In this document: in pieces, positions 14,817 through 26,890 of the stretch
How the letters are laid out: each line of letters opens with the position of its first letter
Numbering within the stretch: position 1 is the first letter of the stretch
Assembly (NCBI GenBank): GCA_051294905.1
Contig: CM119384.1
Coordinates: 18,972,001-19,036,000, forward strand
Reading direction: 5' to 3'
Origin: Botryllus schlosseri
Lineage: Eukaryota
DNA length: 64,000 bases
Translations under genes and position numbers: made by a program
The notes under the pieces: model-generated
The model's database searches: none
The model's input: only the letters and a program-made list of their open reading frames with translations
What the model was told of the DNA's origin: nothing

Positions 14817-15266
14817 ATGGGTAAAAGCCTGTATTTTTGCGGCAGTATAAGAGGTGGACGAGATGACGCTGCATTGTACTTGAAGATAGTCGAACACATG
14901 AAGCTATACGGAAAAGTCCTCACCGAGCACGTAGCAAGCCCCGAAATGAGTGCGAGTGAAAGCACTGGGGTTGACGCCAGCCTGACCACCGCGGAGATCC
15001 ACGACCGCGACATGATTTGGCTTTCCGATTGTGATGCGGTGGTAGCTGAAGTGACTGTACCGTCCTTGGGAGTTGGGTACGAAATCGGACGGGCGATGAA
15101 TTTCAACAAGCCCATTCTTTGTCTATTTCGCCCAGAAACAGGACGCCGATTATCAGCAATGATTGATGGTGCTCCTAACCCATCAAACAAGATCACAGTG
15201 AAAACCTACACCGAGGTTCAAGAGGCCCTCAACTATGTGACCGCATTCCTTAGCACGTGCTCGTAG
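14817..15266 (+). CDS. DNPH1: 2'-deoxynucleoside 5'-phosphate N-hydrolase 1 (Rcl), intronless, 149 aa
   Basis: ORF carries the LYFCGSIRGGR, VLTEHV, IHDRD, VAEVTVPSLGVGYEIG and LSAMI motifs of the DNPH1/Rcl family. Confidence 0.95.
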   Translation: MGKSLYFCGSIRGGRDDAALYLKIVEHMKLYGKVLTEHVASPEMSASESTGVDASLTTAEIHDRDMIWLSDCDAVVAEVTVPSLGVGYEIGRAMNFNKPILCLFRPETGRRLSAMIDGAPNPSNKITVKTYTEVQEALNYVTAFLSTCS

Positions 15267-16180
15267 TACATTTTTTCATGAATCCTCTCAAGTACTTCGG
15301 CACTGCACAAACTGTCTTGTGGCATACATTGACTTGTCCAGTATTAATCAAATCACCGATCACTGTCACCACCCAATGAGTGTTCTTAATTTCTCGTGCA
15401 ATTACGAGTGCCAGCCAAGTCTCGTTATGTCCATGGCCTATTTTGTAAAGAACATGATTCCGAAGCCACAGATCAAAAAGTACATTGGAATTCACGTATG
15501 CACCATTACCATTTTATCAAGCTATGCTTGTACAGCAATTTACATACAGTTTGCTGCCTATTCCCTGTCAAATGGCTCTTGTGCAATTATCTCCCTCGTG
15601 GTACTGAAAATAGGGAAGTTTTTCAAATAAAAATGTGTACAATCTTGTGAAAAAACAAGAATAGTGTGCTTGCGTCTTGCGAAAAGATCTCAACTCTCTT
15701 GTAGCAAATGGCTGATCGAAACAGTCAAGAAGTAGCGATGAACAGTGAACACAAATGAATTCAAAATCAGATAATTGTATTATAAAAAGAAATGCGTGAC
15801 CGAAATTGGTCTGCTGTAACATTATGGTACCATTGACAGTAGCTTCACCACAGCCTATATGTTGAAAGTCAAGAAGTCGACCATTCATTCGATTTCTACA
15901 ACTATGACCAATGCGCTTCCGCTTGGCGAAAACTATATCGTTTACAGCATATACTTGCCTATGATCAACTGACCGTCTATCAAATTAAAATTGTTGAATT
16001 TGCCAAATTGAAGTGATTGAAATTTTTGCATAAATTTACCCACTAATGCCATACATCGGTGACGATGCTTTAGAATAGCCAAGTTGATGGAACCATGCTT
16101 GCATCATTATAATAGTGCACCATAGTCTTTATTCCTTCTAGTTCCACATTTCTCATTTTATGGGGAAATTGGAACAAAAG

Positions 16181-16990
16181 CTACCGCATATATCGTGAAT
16201 ACCATATAAAGGAGGTCAAAGCAGCAATCGAATACCATGTTATAATATATGACGCATGCTGGTTCCACAGTCTGATTCTTGTCTGACCACCAATAGGACC
16301 CCCTTCAAATGTTGACTCAGCTGTTGCTTCTAACAGTATTGGCCTTGTCCCTATTAACCTGGCCATCTCTTCGACATTAGTGGACCGCCAGATGCCTTCG
16401 CCAGGATCATTCGCAGGAATCATAGTTCCTGTTTCGGTTCTTCGAAAAATACCTGTAACTGGTACAATACCGGTTACTTGTCCAGTCTGCCTTGTGGCAG
16501 GATTAATTTGATTTTCTTCCACAAAACCTCTGTTAATTAATATGCTATATCCTTTGTCGGGCATGTAAAATGGTGTGACAACCTGGGCTCCCACTCGGGG
16601 CGACGTGGATATTAAAGATCCTCCTCCCGCTGAGTCTTTTGGAGTTACTGCCATTCTCGGCCGAATGTAAATCTCTTTCGAGTGGTCGAATTCACCTTCT
16701 ACAGTGAATTTACAATATTCCAAATCTTTCAATTCTTGTTCGGACCGGATTTCTGGTAGCGGCAGCGGCTGCATTGTGGTGCGTGCATTTATTTTCTCAA
16801 TCAATTTATTTTTCCATTCCCTGCGTCGCACTTGCCATGTTCCGAGACAAAATGTAGCGGCGGGTATTGTGAGCATTATCCACTTTCCTGGACCGCTTTG
16901 ATATCCTCCGGATTTCTTCGCGGGAGCATTGACGAGAGATCTGGTGTTGTCTCTTCTCAAAAAATTCAGTACTCTTCGTGCACGCTGCAT
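16181..16990 (-). CDS. SURF1: Surfeit locus protein 1 (cytochrome c oxidase assembly), intronless CDS, 269 aa
   Basis: Motifs TFCLGTWQVRRREWK, LINRGFV and NQHASYIITWY, with N- and C-terminal TM segments. The ATG at 16990 (MQRARR, presequence-like) is preferred over the track's TTG at 17002. Confidence 0.95.
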   Translation of the reverse strand: MQRARRVLNFLRRDNTRSLVNAPAKKSGGYQSGPGKWIMLTIPAATFCLGTWQVRRREWKNKLIEKINARTTMQPLPLPEIRSEQELKDLEYCKFTVEGEFDHSKEIYIRPRMAVTPKDSAGGGSLISTSPRVGAQVVTPFYMPDKGYSILINRGFVEENQINPATRQTGQVTGIVPVTGIFRRTETGTMIPANDPGEGIWRSTNVEEMARLIGTRPILLEATAESTFEGGPIGGQTRIRLWNQHASYIITWYSIAALTSFIWYSRYMR

Positions 16991-17052
16991 TATCGAGATC
17001 AAGTTCTGAAAAAGATTGGTAAAACTATATTTGAATCAAGGATATAACAGGA

Positions 17053-17712
17053 GAGAGAGAGAGAATTTATTTGGTCCATGAACATTGATAATACACAGAT
17101 AGATAAATAAAAAGCAAAATATATATAATTCAGAACCAGGCTGTAGCGAAGGGATCGGGAGATCATCAAGTCAGCTACAGCCTGAAAGGATGGTTGTAAT
17201 ATGAAACTTATAACATAACATAACATGTTTGCAATGCAAAAAATGTAACATATTCGCAATGTATCAGAGACAGATGAAAAAATAAGTGGGATCATTCACA
17301 GTAGGTAACCTAAAGAATAGACGAGATAACACTATGGCACTGGCTACAGGAACACAAACTAGGCAAAGAGATGTTGATTGACAAATTTATGACGAATGTT
17401 TATAATTTCCTACAAGATATTCGTGAAACATTTGTTTAAAGATATGTAGTGGTTTATCTTTAATATGGGGCGAAATGGAGTTCCATATACGAGGACCTTG
17501 GAAACTGATAGTCTTAGGATATTCTCGGGGTAAGAATAGATTAATAGAAGAGCCTCGGGTATTGTATGAATGGTGACTGGTGAGATGAGTAAAATAGTCT
17601 AGGAAGATATCTGGTAGGCTCTCATTGTAGTAGCCATGCATGAGCTTACCTACTTCATATAGGTGGATATCTTCAACTTTTAAGATGTTCAAGCGACTAT
17701 ATAAAGGAGCCT
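17053..17712 (-). mobile_element. 5'-truncated LINE (CR1/L2/Crack-like): ORF2 C-terminus plus 3' UTR
   Basis: PLYSRLNILKVEDIH...HSYNTR...ISFQGPRIWNSI...FK is the typical post-RT C-terminus of this LINE group. The 3' UTR ends AATAAA-(TC)n at about 17053. Confidence 0.85.
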
Positions 17713-18093
17713 TCTTTTTTTTAGGCTTCAGCTCAACATCTCTATAAAATGGTTCATTGGCCAGTAGTGGCACAACTTGCACCATTGGTATACTTGAACT
17801 TAATTTGAACCTTTTATCCGTCTAGCAAATATTGCTATGTCAGGTTGAGTATAGTAGTGGTTGATAATAGCAAGGAGTGCTGGACGGTTTGATGCCTTTA
17901 TTATAGGAACACAGAGAAACTACATCAGCATTGGCTACTCAGCACCAAAATGTTAAAGCAAAACACGACTTTATTACGCGTTTGATTGACACGTTGCTGT
18001 GCCGATAGCAGACGGTATATATAAACGTAAGGCCTTGATAGCTTCCACACCTATTTAACGTCCACTTGTATGAACTATGAATATCACTTTCTT

Positions 18094-18137
18094 AGTTACT
18101 CGAGCTTTCGGAGCTCTGCTCCTTCATCAGGTGTTAA
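18094..18137 (-). ncRNA. Minimal type I hammerhead ribozyme motif, Penelope-like remnant, degenerate stem I
   Basis: Minus strand reads CUGAUGA-A-GGAGC-aga-GCUCC-GAAA-GCUC, with a palindromic AGCU stem III. Confidence 0.55.
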
Positions 18138-19036
18138 AGCGGTTTCACAGCGATACACATCGTTTTCATTAGGTAACAAAATCAAATACAGCAGTCTTCC
18201 ATATCATTAATCGATTCCACAAGTTCATATATTTTAAATATGATATCTATACAACTCAAATGACGTTCCACGACCATTAGTGATGTAAAAAATGATTGAT
18301 ATTTGGAGAAATCGTTTTTTTCTTGATTCTATATTGGATCTATCTTCACGTAAAATCTACCCAAAATTGCTGAAAACGATGCACGCAACTGACCTTATTG
18401 CAACAGTAGTGATTGTTGCCAGTGCAGTGAAATGAAGCATGACTCACAGTTTTGCCCGACTAGCATATTTCTCTATCCTTGGTCTATCACAAATCTATCT
18501 TCATCACTGAGCTATATTGCCTGCTTCATTGCCTGGATTGTGGAAGAGACACTGTCAGTGATAGTGATTCACTGGCTTGACGAAATGTTACTACTTATTA
18601 TTTACTCGCTATATTTCTATAGATACATATCTTCTACATATGAGCCATAGCTGAACTCATTCGTAGTTGGGTTTTTCAGTGGTGGCTGTGTTTGTCCCTC
18701 TTCTTTTCAATTTCCTATCAGATCAATCATTACTTAAAACATTATCAAACTCTCACATTGGCCTACAAATATGGTAGCAAAATGGAGGAACGTGTTATGC
18801 ACGTTCACCGAGAAACAGTCTACAGAATGATGAAAAGCTGGACAGTCTTACTGAAAATCGGCGCTATGTAACATAATAGACATAGTCTCTTTCTGAATAT
18901 GATGAATCCCTAGTATTATAGGTAAATTAACGATTTATACGCCTGTAAAGATACCAACTTACCAGAAAATAATATTTCCGTTTATAAATATCCGTATAAT
19001 TTTTGGCGGAATATTCGTAAACTCAATAGAGCATGG

Positions 19037-19458
19037 CAGAGATGAGCATGGATTAGGATTAGGTTTTGAAAAAACAGGATTTGTGAAATTTTGTCGGATT
19101 TGGATTGGATTTGGATTAGACATATTTTTCAGAACGGATTAGGATTTGGATTGGATTGAACTATTTTCTGGGAGATTGAAATGTCGTGTGGCGAACGGCG
19201 ACAAACTTTATTCAGATCAGTTATTAATGTACTTATGGTTACTAAGTTATCTTGAATCAAGTGAATCGTGGTTGTGAAAGAAAATTTTCGAATCCCTCCA
19301 TTGCATAAATTAATATTTTTTCTGAATTTCCAGTTGGAATCGGATTAGGATTGGACATGGACTTGAATATGAAAAAGTTATGGATTAGGATTTGGATTTG
19401 AAGGTTCGGATTCGGATTGGATTAGGACATATAGAAATTTCAAATCCGCTCATCTCTG
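19037..19458. mobile_element. hAT MITE with GGATT(A/T) internal repeats
   Basis: TIR CAGAGATGAGC and a perfect 8-bp TSD GAGCATGG (19029-19036, 19459-19466). Confidence 0.9.
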
Positions 19459-19537
19459 GAGCATGGGTATTGGATTGTGAATAAATATACAACTGTAAAA
19501 TTCATTGCTGATCGGCTGCTCTGGTTTTGTAAAAGAT

Positions 19538-20082
19538 ATGGCAGAAGACGGAGATCAACCGGTAAGCTAACCGTTTTTGGGATGTGAGGTTCGAGGTTCA
19601 AGTTGTTACGTCTCGCATAACTATAAGTGATCGATATTTTCCTGCGCCGCAAACGCAGGCTCCAGCTTGGTCTTGGTGAGCTTGGAGCAACTGACTGGCG
19701 GCTGCCTACACAAAACATCTAACTGCTTCGCCTTGAATCAATCGTAATAGAATAGTATGCTTCTATTATCAATATCAACATGTTTCAGCCTCCTCAAGCA
19801 ACTCAGACTGTTGAAGAACCTTTGGACTTGATCCGACTGAGTTTGGATGAAAGAGTCTATGTTAAAATGCGAAATGAAAGGGAATTACGTGGAAGATTGC
19901 ATGCTTACGATCAACATCTCAATATGGTCCTGGGTGATGTGGAGGAGACTGTAACCGCAGTGGAAATAGATGAAGAGACATATGAAGAAATTTATAAACA
20001 AACTAAAAGGAACATTCCTATGCTCTTTGTCAGAGGTGATGGGGTTATTCTTGTTTCTCCCCCATTGAGAGGCGGGGCTTGA
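19538..20082 (+). CDS. LSM3: U6 snRNA-associated Sm-like protein LSm3, 2 exons (19538-19561, 19789-20082), 105 aa
   Basis: Exon 2 encodes [47 protein letters not shown]...[15 protein letters not shown]. Exon 1 ATG GCA GAA GAC GGA GAT CAA CCG|gtaagc (MAEDGDQP, compare vertebrate MADDVDQ) joins tgtttcag|CCT in phase 0. Confidence 0.94.
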
Positions 20083-20917
20083 TCAAGATCAGAATTCAAC
20101 GGGTTTTGCATTCCTCAATGTAAAATCTGGTGTTGGCCTTTCACTATCTCCAACTGCCAATTATCGTTGTCTATATATGTGAATGCAAGGCAACGATTAG
20201 GATTGAAAACAGTTGAGACCTGATATTATTGCCAATAATTTCTTGAGTCTGACTTGTGAACTATTTTACTGCTGCGTAAATTTTTCAACTTGTCATAGCG
20301 TCAGATCATTATTTCAAAAGGTTGGTGCAGATAAACTGCTTATTTTTGCCATTGTACGCAAATGAAACACACCCCTTTGTCATTTCCCAAACGAAATATT
20401 CTGTCGATTAGACCTGGAAATTTTGGCTTGCTGAACTGCCACCAATATATTATTTGTTTCACCTTTGAAGAACACTAAGCATGCATAGATTGGATGAAGT
20501 TCAAAATTCTAGCTGAGAGAACTTGATGGATTCATAGCAATTAGTGTTGAATTAGTCTTGAAGCAGATAACTCTTGACTTCCCCCAATTTTGATCGTACT
20601 AATGAAAGTGTGGAAGGTTGAGAACTAGCAGTTCAGATATTATACTGCACTATTCAACTACTACCTCCACTTTCAAATACCTTCACTTTCAAGGTATCTC
20701 CCAACTCGTACAACATCCCCACCACTACCTGCACGACAGCAAAAATAGGTAGGAAGATGGGAGAAAAAATGTATTTTCATGTATGAAAAAATCCCAAGCA
20801 TCACACAACTCCGTCACGATTTGTACTGTGATTAGAAAATGTAACAAGCAAGACAGCGAAATTGTCAACCGCCACACTCTTGTAAGTATACTAGGTACAT
20901 AGCCATCAGTCCACAGA

Positions 20918-23900
20918 TCAATGCCCAGGCAACGACAGTAACACCGACTGGTTGGGAGGGAGATACGATACATTCTTAGACTTCGAAACAACCATCGCGA
21001 TTTCTTCAGCAGCCTCCAGTTTTCTCAATTCAATCAGACCTTCTCCTGCATCAGCTGGAGATAAAATGCAAATAATCTGTTAATATTCAATCAGACCTTC
21101 TGCACCAGCTCAGAAAAAGAGGAACATTAAATGTCAAGTGACGTTCATTGGCAGAGTGGTTGTTTTGGTACCTATATCCAATAAGTGTAATATGCCAACA
21201 CAAATCCCTACGAAATACAAGCCATTACATACTGACATGATTGATAAAACTGAATTTACCATTTCACTTATTAAATCAGTAAACATAGTTACAGTAGTTT
21301 TGAAGGTAAGTAATCTGTAATAGAATGGATGATGATATCGTGAAAATTCGAATAAAATTCACGATTCAGCTGAAAAATTTCCTCACAATGAGCACTGCGC
21401 TGTGTTATCGTTATTTAGTCAGGATTGTTGCACAAAATCTATGCAGGACTATGCACAAAATCCACCTACAATCACAGCCAATGTTTCACAAAGAACATGA
21501 AATGCTGGCAATATAGGTCAACCCCGAGGATATGTTTCACACATTTCGTGACAATAAAGCGGCCAAGACAGAAAGACGACATTCCTGGATTTTCTGGTTG
21601 TGGGATTTGTTATTCCCTGGACACAGATAGCATTAATTAACTGCCTATATGTAATCTATTAGCAGAAATGGTGACACAGTATAAAAATGATGTAAATCTG
21701 CACAAACCAATTGCCTTGGCGATGAGCTCTGCAGCTTTGGCATCTCCCTCTGCTGTTGTTACGGCAGCAATCTTTTGTTGCTCAGCCTGCACAGATAGAG
21801 CAAGTTAATGCAATTACAACTTTTCAATTTGACACATAGGCTGCCACAGAAATCCACGACTGCTTTCACACCAAGATTCAAATGTGAAGGTGTTGGGCTC
21901 AAATTGAATCAAACCAATCGATGTTCATACTGTGCTGATATTTAGGTCAGTGACACAACTTCACAGACAACTTGGAAATTTGCTTATTATCAACTCTCAC
22001 AATTCATCTTAAATCAGCTAAATCTCCGGAAATGTCAAACCCTACGAAGAGCACCAGATTTTGCAACTAAAGGATCGATTCATTCATCACCTTTTCGACG
22101 ACAAATCTCGCTCTTTCCGCATCTTGCTGGGCGACTTGCTTGGCTTCGACAGCCGAGGTGAATTCTCGCCCGAACGTCAAATGAGTCAAAGATACATCGT
22201 CAAGTATAAGTCCAAACGATTCAGCCCGCTCGCTCAAATCCTCACTGACCTACATTTCAGCATACGGTGAAAAATGATGACTGCATCTACTCATGAAGAC
22301 AACACTTACCTGTCGCGATACCAGTTCTCTTTGTGTAATCAAATCGCTCGCGTCAAATCGGGCCTGCAGAATTCAAATTGAAAGCATTCAAAATATACTT
22401 TTAGGAAATGCTAATCGGCAAACGTACGACTACTGCTTTCAAAACTTCGTTGGTGATAGAAGGCAAGATCCTTTCATCGTAATCCTCACCGATATTCATG
22501 AAGATCTCAGGCAGTCTGGAGGGCTTGGGTCGGAATAAGATACGGAGAGTGATATTGACGTTCTGCAGATCTGAAATATATCACATTTCCTCGATTCGGA
22601 ATAAATTTCCGGACAAAAATAATCCCGTCAACTCTCCCGTAAACTGGCATGGATGAATGTACGTACGTAGTTCTAATATGAATGTTGACCAGTACAATAA
22701 AGTGGAAGTAGTGGCACCATCACACAGGGGCGTAGTCAGCCGAGAAAAAGGGGGGCATTTGTTTAAAAAAGGAGAATGCTTCAAAAAATGATGTTCTAAC
22801 CGATTCATCAGGTTAATTGTATACACAAATGCAGATATTACTATGGTCAGATAATCTTCCTTGTGTTTGTGACTTCATCATTCGCATTTATATAACCCAG
22901 TTGTACTATTTAAATACAACACCACAACCCGTAAGCCATGATAACAGCAGAAAGAGACAGCAAGGTATCATGACCTAATTACCAAAGCGAGGATCATTAT
23001 CAAGAAATCGCGCGCGCGGATCATATTACAGCACGGCGAGAGATGTCTCAATTTTGCGATCAAATATGAACACTGAACAGCGAAGAAGCGCAAATGAATT
23101 AGCCTGTTGCCTGTTATTGCTCATGATCTGGATTAAATTTGTTTTAAATCAATGTGATGTTTACTGTCTGCTAAGATGGTGTATTTTGGTGTGTGGAGAT
23201 AGTAAAGGCCAATTAACGCTCGAGCTTGTGCGATTGTATCTCTTGAATAGCAGAGGCCCGGCGCAGGCTCAGGCTGCAACCAAAAAGCATTCCCAAATGC
23301 GTTTGCGGTGCAAACGTGACAATCGCAAATTGTCCAGGCCAAGACTATAACTTCTCATCATTACAACGTTACATCGAACATTGATAGCACTATCACGCGC
23401 CTCGTGTTACGGAGTGGCCTAATTTTCCATAGTCTCCGATGTTTCTACTACTGGCCATGGCCATGTAGCCAAGCGCGTTAAAACAGGACAATCAGCAGAT
23501 GCGTCAGAGGCCCGAGACACACAAAGACTGGAAATCTACACAACAACCGAACTAAATCATCGCAAATTGGATCAATCCATAATAGATTCCACATCGGACA
23601 TTTGATTAGTACAATCTGTTTTGGTACTTTAGGGATCATCTGCTATCTCTAACAATACAAGCCTAGGTCGGCTGCAATGTAATGTGACACGCTAATTACT
23701 CCCGCTGTCACAGACGAGAGAGGAATAGGAGAAAAAAGGGTATGGTCGCATTTATTGATCAGTGAAGAAGCTGATTTGGCATCTAATCACGAATGATCAT
23801 ATACTAAGATAATAACAAAGAGCTAGATTTTGGATTCAAGAGGAGGGGTAGTTTATGCTTGAGAAAGGGGGATATTGGACACCAATTATCCCCCGCTGTC

Positions 23901-24932
23901 TACGCCCCTGCCATCACACATAATTTTCAGTTCAATTATGTGATTATTCTATGTGAGAAACTCTTCTATCACAGCCAATTGATTGCCGAATACAACCACT
24001 TCCCAGTCTGGTTTGTGCCCACCTTGCACTGGCATTAAAAGCATAATACTAAAGGACACATTGCAGAGCTCAGAAAGTGTACATCACAACCGCCCTTGGA
24101 CTTAACGAAATCTTGTCATCATAATCCAACCTGGATCAACCAGAACAATACCAACACACACAATCCTGCTTCCGATGACCTGCATATCACAGCGTGATCC
24201 TTAGTGAAAATGCTTATACTCAACACAATTAAACGGAAGCCTTACATGCAATTGTCATAAAATAGGTATATTTGGTACATCTGACAACTCGCATCGAGTT
24301 GTCAGTTCAGTTGATCAAAAATAGACTAGATAGTTTGAAAAGCAATTCCTCACCCTTGGATCCAGTCATGACTGGGATATTTCTCGGCCTGGCTTTTACA
24401 TCGAATATAATTGGCTTTTGGATGACTGGAATCAAAAAATGTGTCCCTTCTCCAGTGACATTGTCTTTTATTCCGGCAAAACGATCAAATATAACAGCTC
24501 TGCATCCCGCATCAACTACAAATACACGAGAACATTGTCATTGGTAAAAACAAAGAAAGGTACAGCACAAGGTGGGTTGCTATTATATCAACATAACAGT
24601 CCGGCTCATAAAATCTTCAACAAAACAATAAATAATGGTATGCAAGCACTTACTTTATGCACCACATGCATTTCATATAAATGCAAACTAAATGGACAGC
24701 ACTACGCACCTAAGTTGAATATTTGTCGTCAGCATCACTCAGATGAGTATTCAGATTATAACAACCTGGTAGCCTACTTCAGAAATGCCATAATGCGAAA
24801 GTGCGAAGAGATGATAGCGATTGAGCTATCTAAAAAAGCATTCCTACCGTTGTACAAGGCGGAATTGACGACTGATCCTGCTACCGCTAATCCCACTCCA
24901 AATTTGGCCAATCGTGAAAATATGGCTTCCAT
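20918..24932 (-). CDS. PHB1: Prohibitin-1, 7 coding exons, 272 aa
   Basis: Exons 24932-24848, 24515-24354, 22570-22428, 22363-22310, 22249-22091, 21786-21708 and 21054-20918 sum to 819 nt in phase. They encode [76 protein letters not shown] and [15 protein letters not shown]. Confidence 0.97.
22725..23910. mobile_element. hAT non-autonomous element in PHB intron 2
   Basis: TIR CAGGGGCGTAG and a perfect 8-bp TSD CCATCACA (22717-22724, 23911-23918). Confidence 0.9.
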
Positions 24933-25224
24933 AATATAATTTACGTTGCAATAACTGTGGAGTAAGCCGAAAACCGTCCGAGAGTATGTTCGTGATTTGC
25001 AAGGACATCACATGTAGCGCTGATGAACCGTTGCGAGAATCAATAATTTATGGCTCTTTAGACACCAGTTTTGCAAAGACCGAATTTGCGTCGGTTGAAT
25101 ACTCCTTAGTCGGTAAATGAGGTGTACTCGAATAACGGAATAGGTGGTGCGATATTTTATGAAGAATATGATTTTGATACCCACTCGATCATGAATACAT
25201 GTAACGCAGTCTTTTAGTGTTCTT

Positions 25225-26890
25225 TAGTGTTACCATATTTTGGAAATCTGAGAAGAGGACACTTTTTTAAAATTTTACAACCTGCAAAATCGTAAGAAAA
25301 TCCTAGAAAAAGGGTAATTTTTTCCCATTTCGTGCTCGGTTGACTTAAAATAAGGACAACATTCTAGCTCGGTGCCCAAAATACACTTTTTCTTTCACAT
25401 TATCAGGTGGTTGACTAAAAAAGGTCAAATTTCCGGCCCAGCTCCCGAAACAGCCGCCGAAGCGTTAATACAGTGCTGACTTATTGGGTCTCAGTCGAAT
25501 TTGGTCCTATATCCAGCACCGTAACTGCCGCACCCAAACCCCCCAATTGGGGGGGCCGAGCTCGAAGGGGGCCCCAAATTATTTCGTGAATTAGCATAAA
25601 TTATAGAGTATGTTTTGAAAATTTATGCAATTTTTTCCAAAATTTTGCGCGCTGGGCGCGATTTAAAGTTGCCAAATATCTTGATTATTTGGTACTCTTC
25701 CCCCAAGAAAAAACACGCAAGATTTCTAGAAATGGACATATCGGCGTTGGCCATTAACACGCCGCTACGCACCAAGATATATAACGATTTAGGACTTATT
25801 ACATGCGACTCCAAGAAGTGTGCCAGAACGATCGGCAGCGCGAGAAAAGCTTGGCCGAAACGGACTGCCCTTACGCAGACCGCAAACTTCGTTATATATA
25901 CAAAATAATAGGTTTAATTGTCCATAGGCCCCTAAATGACTGGCGCCATATGTTCCTGTCTTGGCAATCTGAACCTCAGAAGACAAATACCATCCAGCAG
26001 GAAAAATATATGTCAGTGAAGAAATACCAATTTGAAATCGTGTGCGTCTTTTAGTTTAGTACGTTTGAGCGATTCTATATTTTTGATATAGCAGACAGGA
26101 GGTCACGAAATAAAATCATGTAACGAAGTCATACCAACGGGTCCGCCCGCCCAAAGATGTTTAATTGTTATTTACGGGCCCTACAGTGTCCGGTAAATCT
26201 GCATGATAACGTGAACAGAGAGGACAAGATATTGATAGCAATATATATGCAATTCCCGATCTTATATTGGCCGATTGTATCATGAATTATCGAAAATTTT
26301 CGCGCTTCGAACTGGCTCACTAAACAGTGCAGTTAATTTCGTGGCAAAAGCGAACACTGTGATGAGGGGTCGGTTTATCACCCTATGAGAACCCAAAACC
26401 CAAGTTTTTGTGGGGGGGGGCGAGGCTGACGAAGTGCTGTTTCGTTCCTGCCAACGGGTATACGTCCGAAGATGTCTAATTATTATTGGACGGTCCTACG
26501 TTTTAAAACAGACCTCGCTCAGCTCTACCGGTAAATCTGATTACGTGAGCAGATGAGAGGATCAAAATTGATAGCAATATATATGTAATTCCCGATCATA
26601 TTGCCCGATTCAATCATGAATTACTGAAAATTTTCGCGCTTCGCGCGTCTAGGCGGGAAAAGCTGTCTCACCAAACGGACACCCAATGGAGATGTCAAAT
26701 AGCGTCAAAAAGCGGATAGCCAAAGGAGGGTCTGGGGGGCGAAGCCCCCCAGAAGTTAGGTTCATCACTCCATGGGGGGCCAAGGCCAACGTTTTGGGGG
26801 GGGGCTGACGAAGTGCTGTTACGGCCCTGCCTATATCTAACCAAAATTCTCAAAAAAGAGGACATTTTGGCGGTCCTCCGAGGACAATTT
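25225..26890. mobile_element. hAT MITE family A copy, interrupted by family B and truncated on the right
   Basis: 25225-25513 and 26830-26890 align colinearly with 28951-29348 and with the reverse complement of 47641-48126. Confidence 0.75.
25514..26829 (+). mobile_element. hAT non-autonomous family B with an internal tandem duplication
   Basis: TIRs CAGCACCGTAAC and CAGGGCCGTAAC (rc), with a perfect TSD CCTATATC (25506-25513, 26830-26837). An internal segment is repeated (about 26180-26450 vs 26520-26829). Confidence 0.88.

Noticed and set aside
14630-15196. 188-aa minus-strand ORF
   Set aside because: It is an antisense shadow of DNPH1 with no recognisable motif.
16991-17002. ORF-track TTG start for SURF1 (MISI...)
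   Set aside because: It is a non-ATG codon in the leader; the ATG at 16990 begins a plausible mitochondrial presequence.
19780-19788. ORF-track start MFQ for LSM3
   Set aside because: It lies in the intron's acceptor region; an upstream exon (MAEDGDQP) with a gtaagc donor matches the conserved N-terminus better.
24068-24125. C/D-box snoRNA-like arrangement in PHB intron 2 (ATGATGA...CTGA, minus)
   Set aside because: It spans only about 53 nt, has no terminal stem, and I could not match a guide to rRNA.
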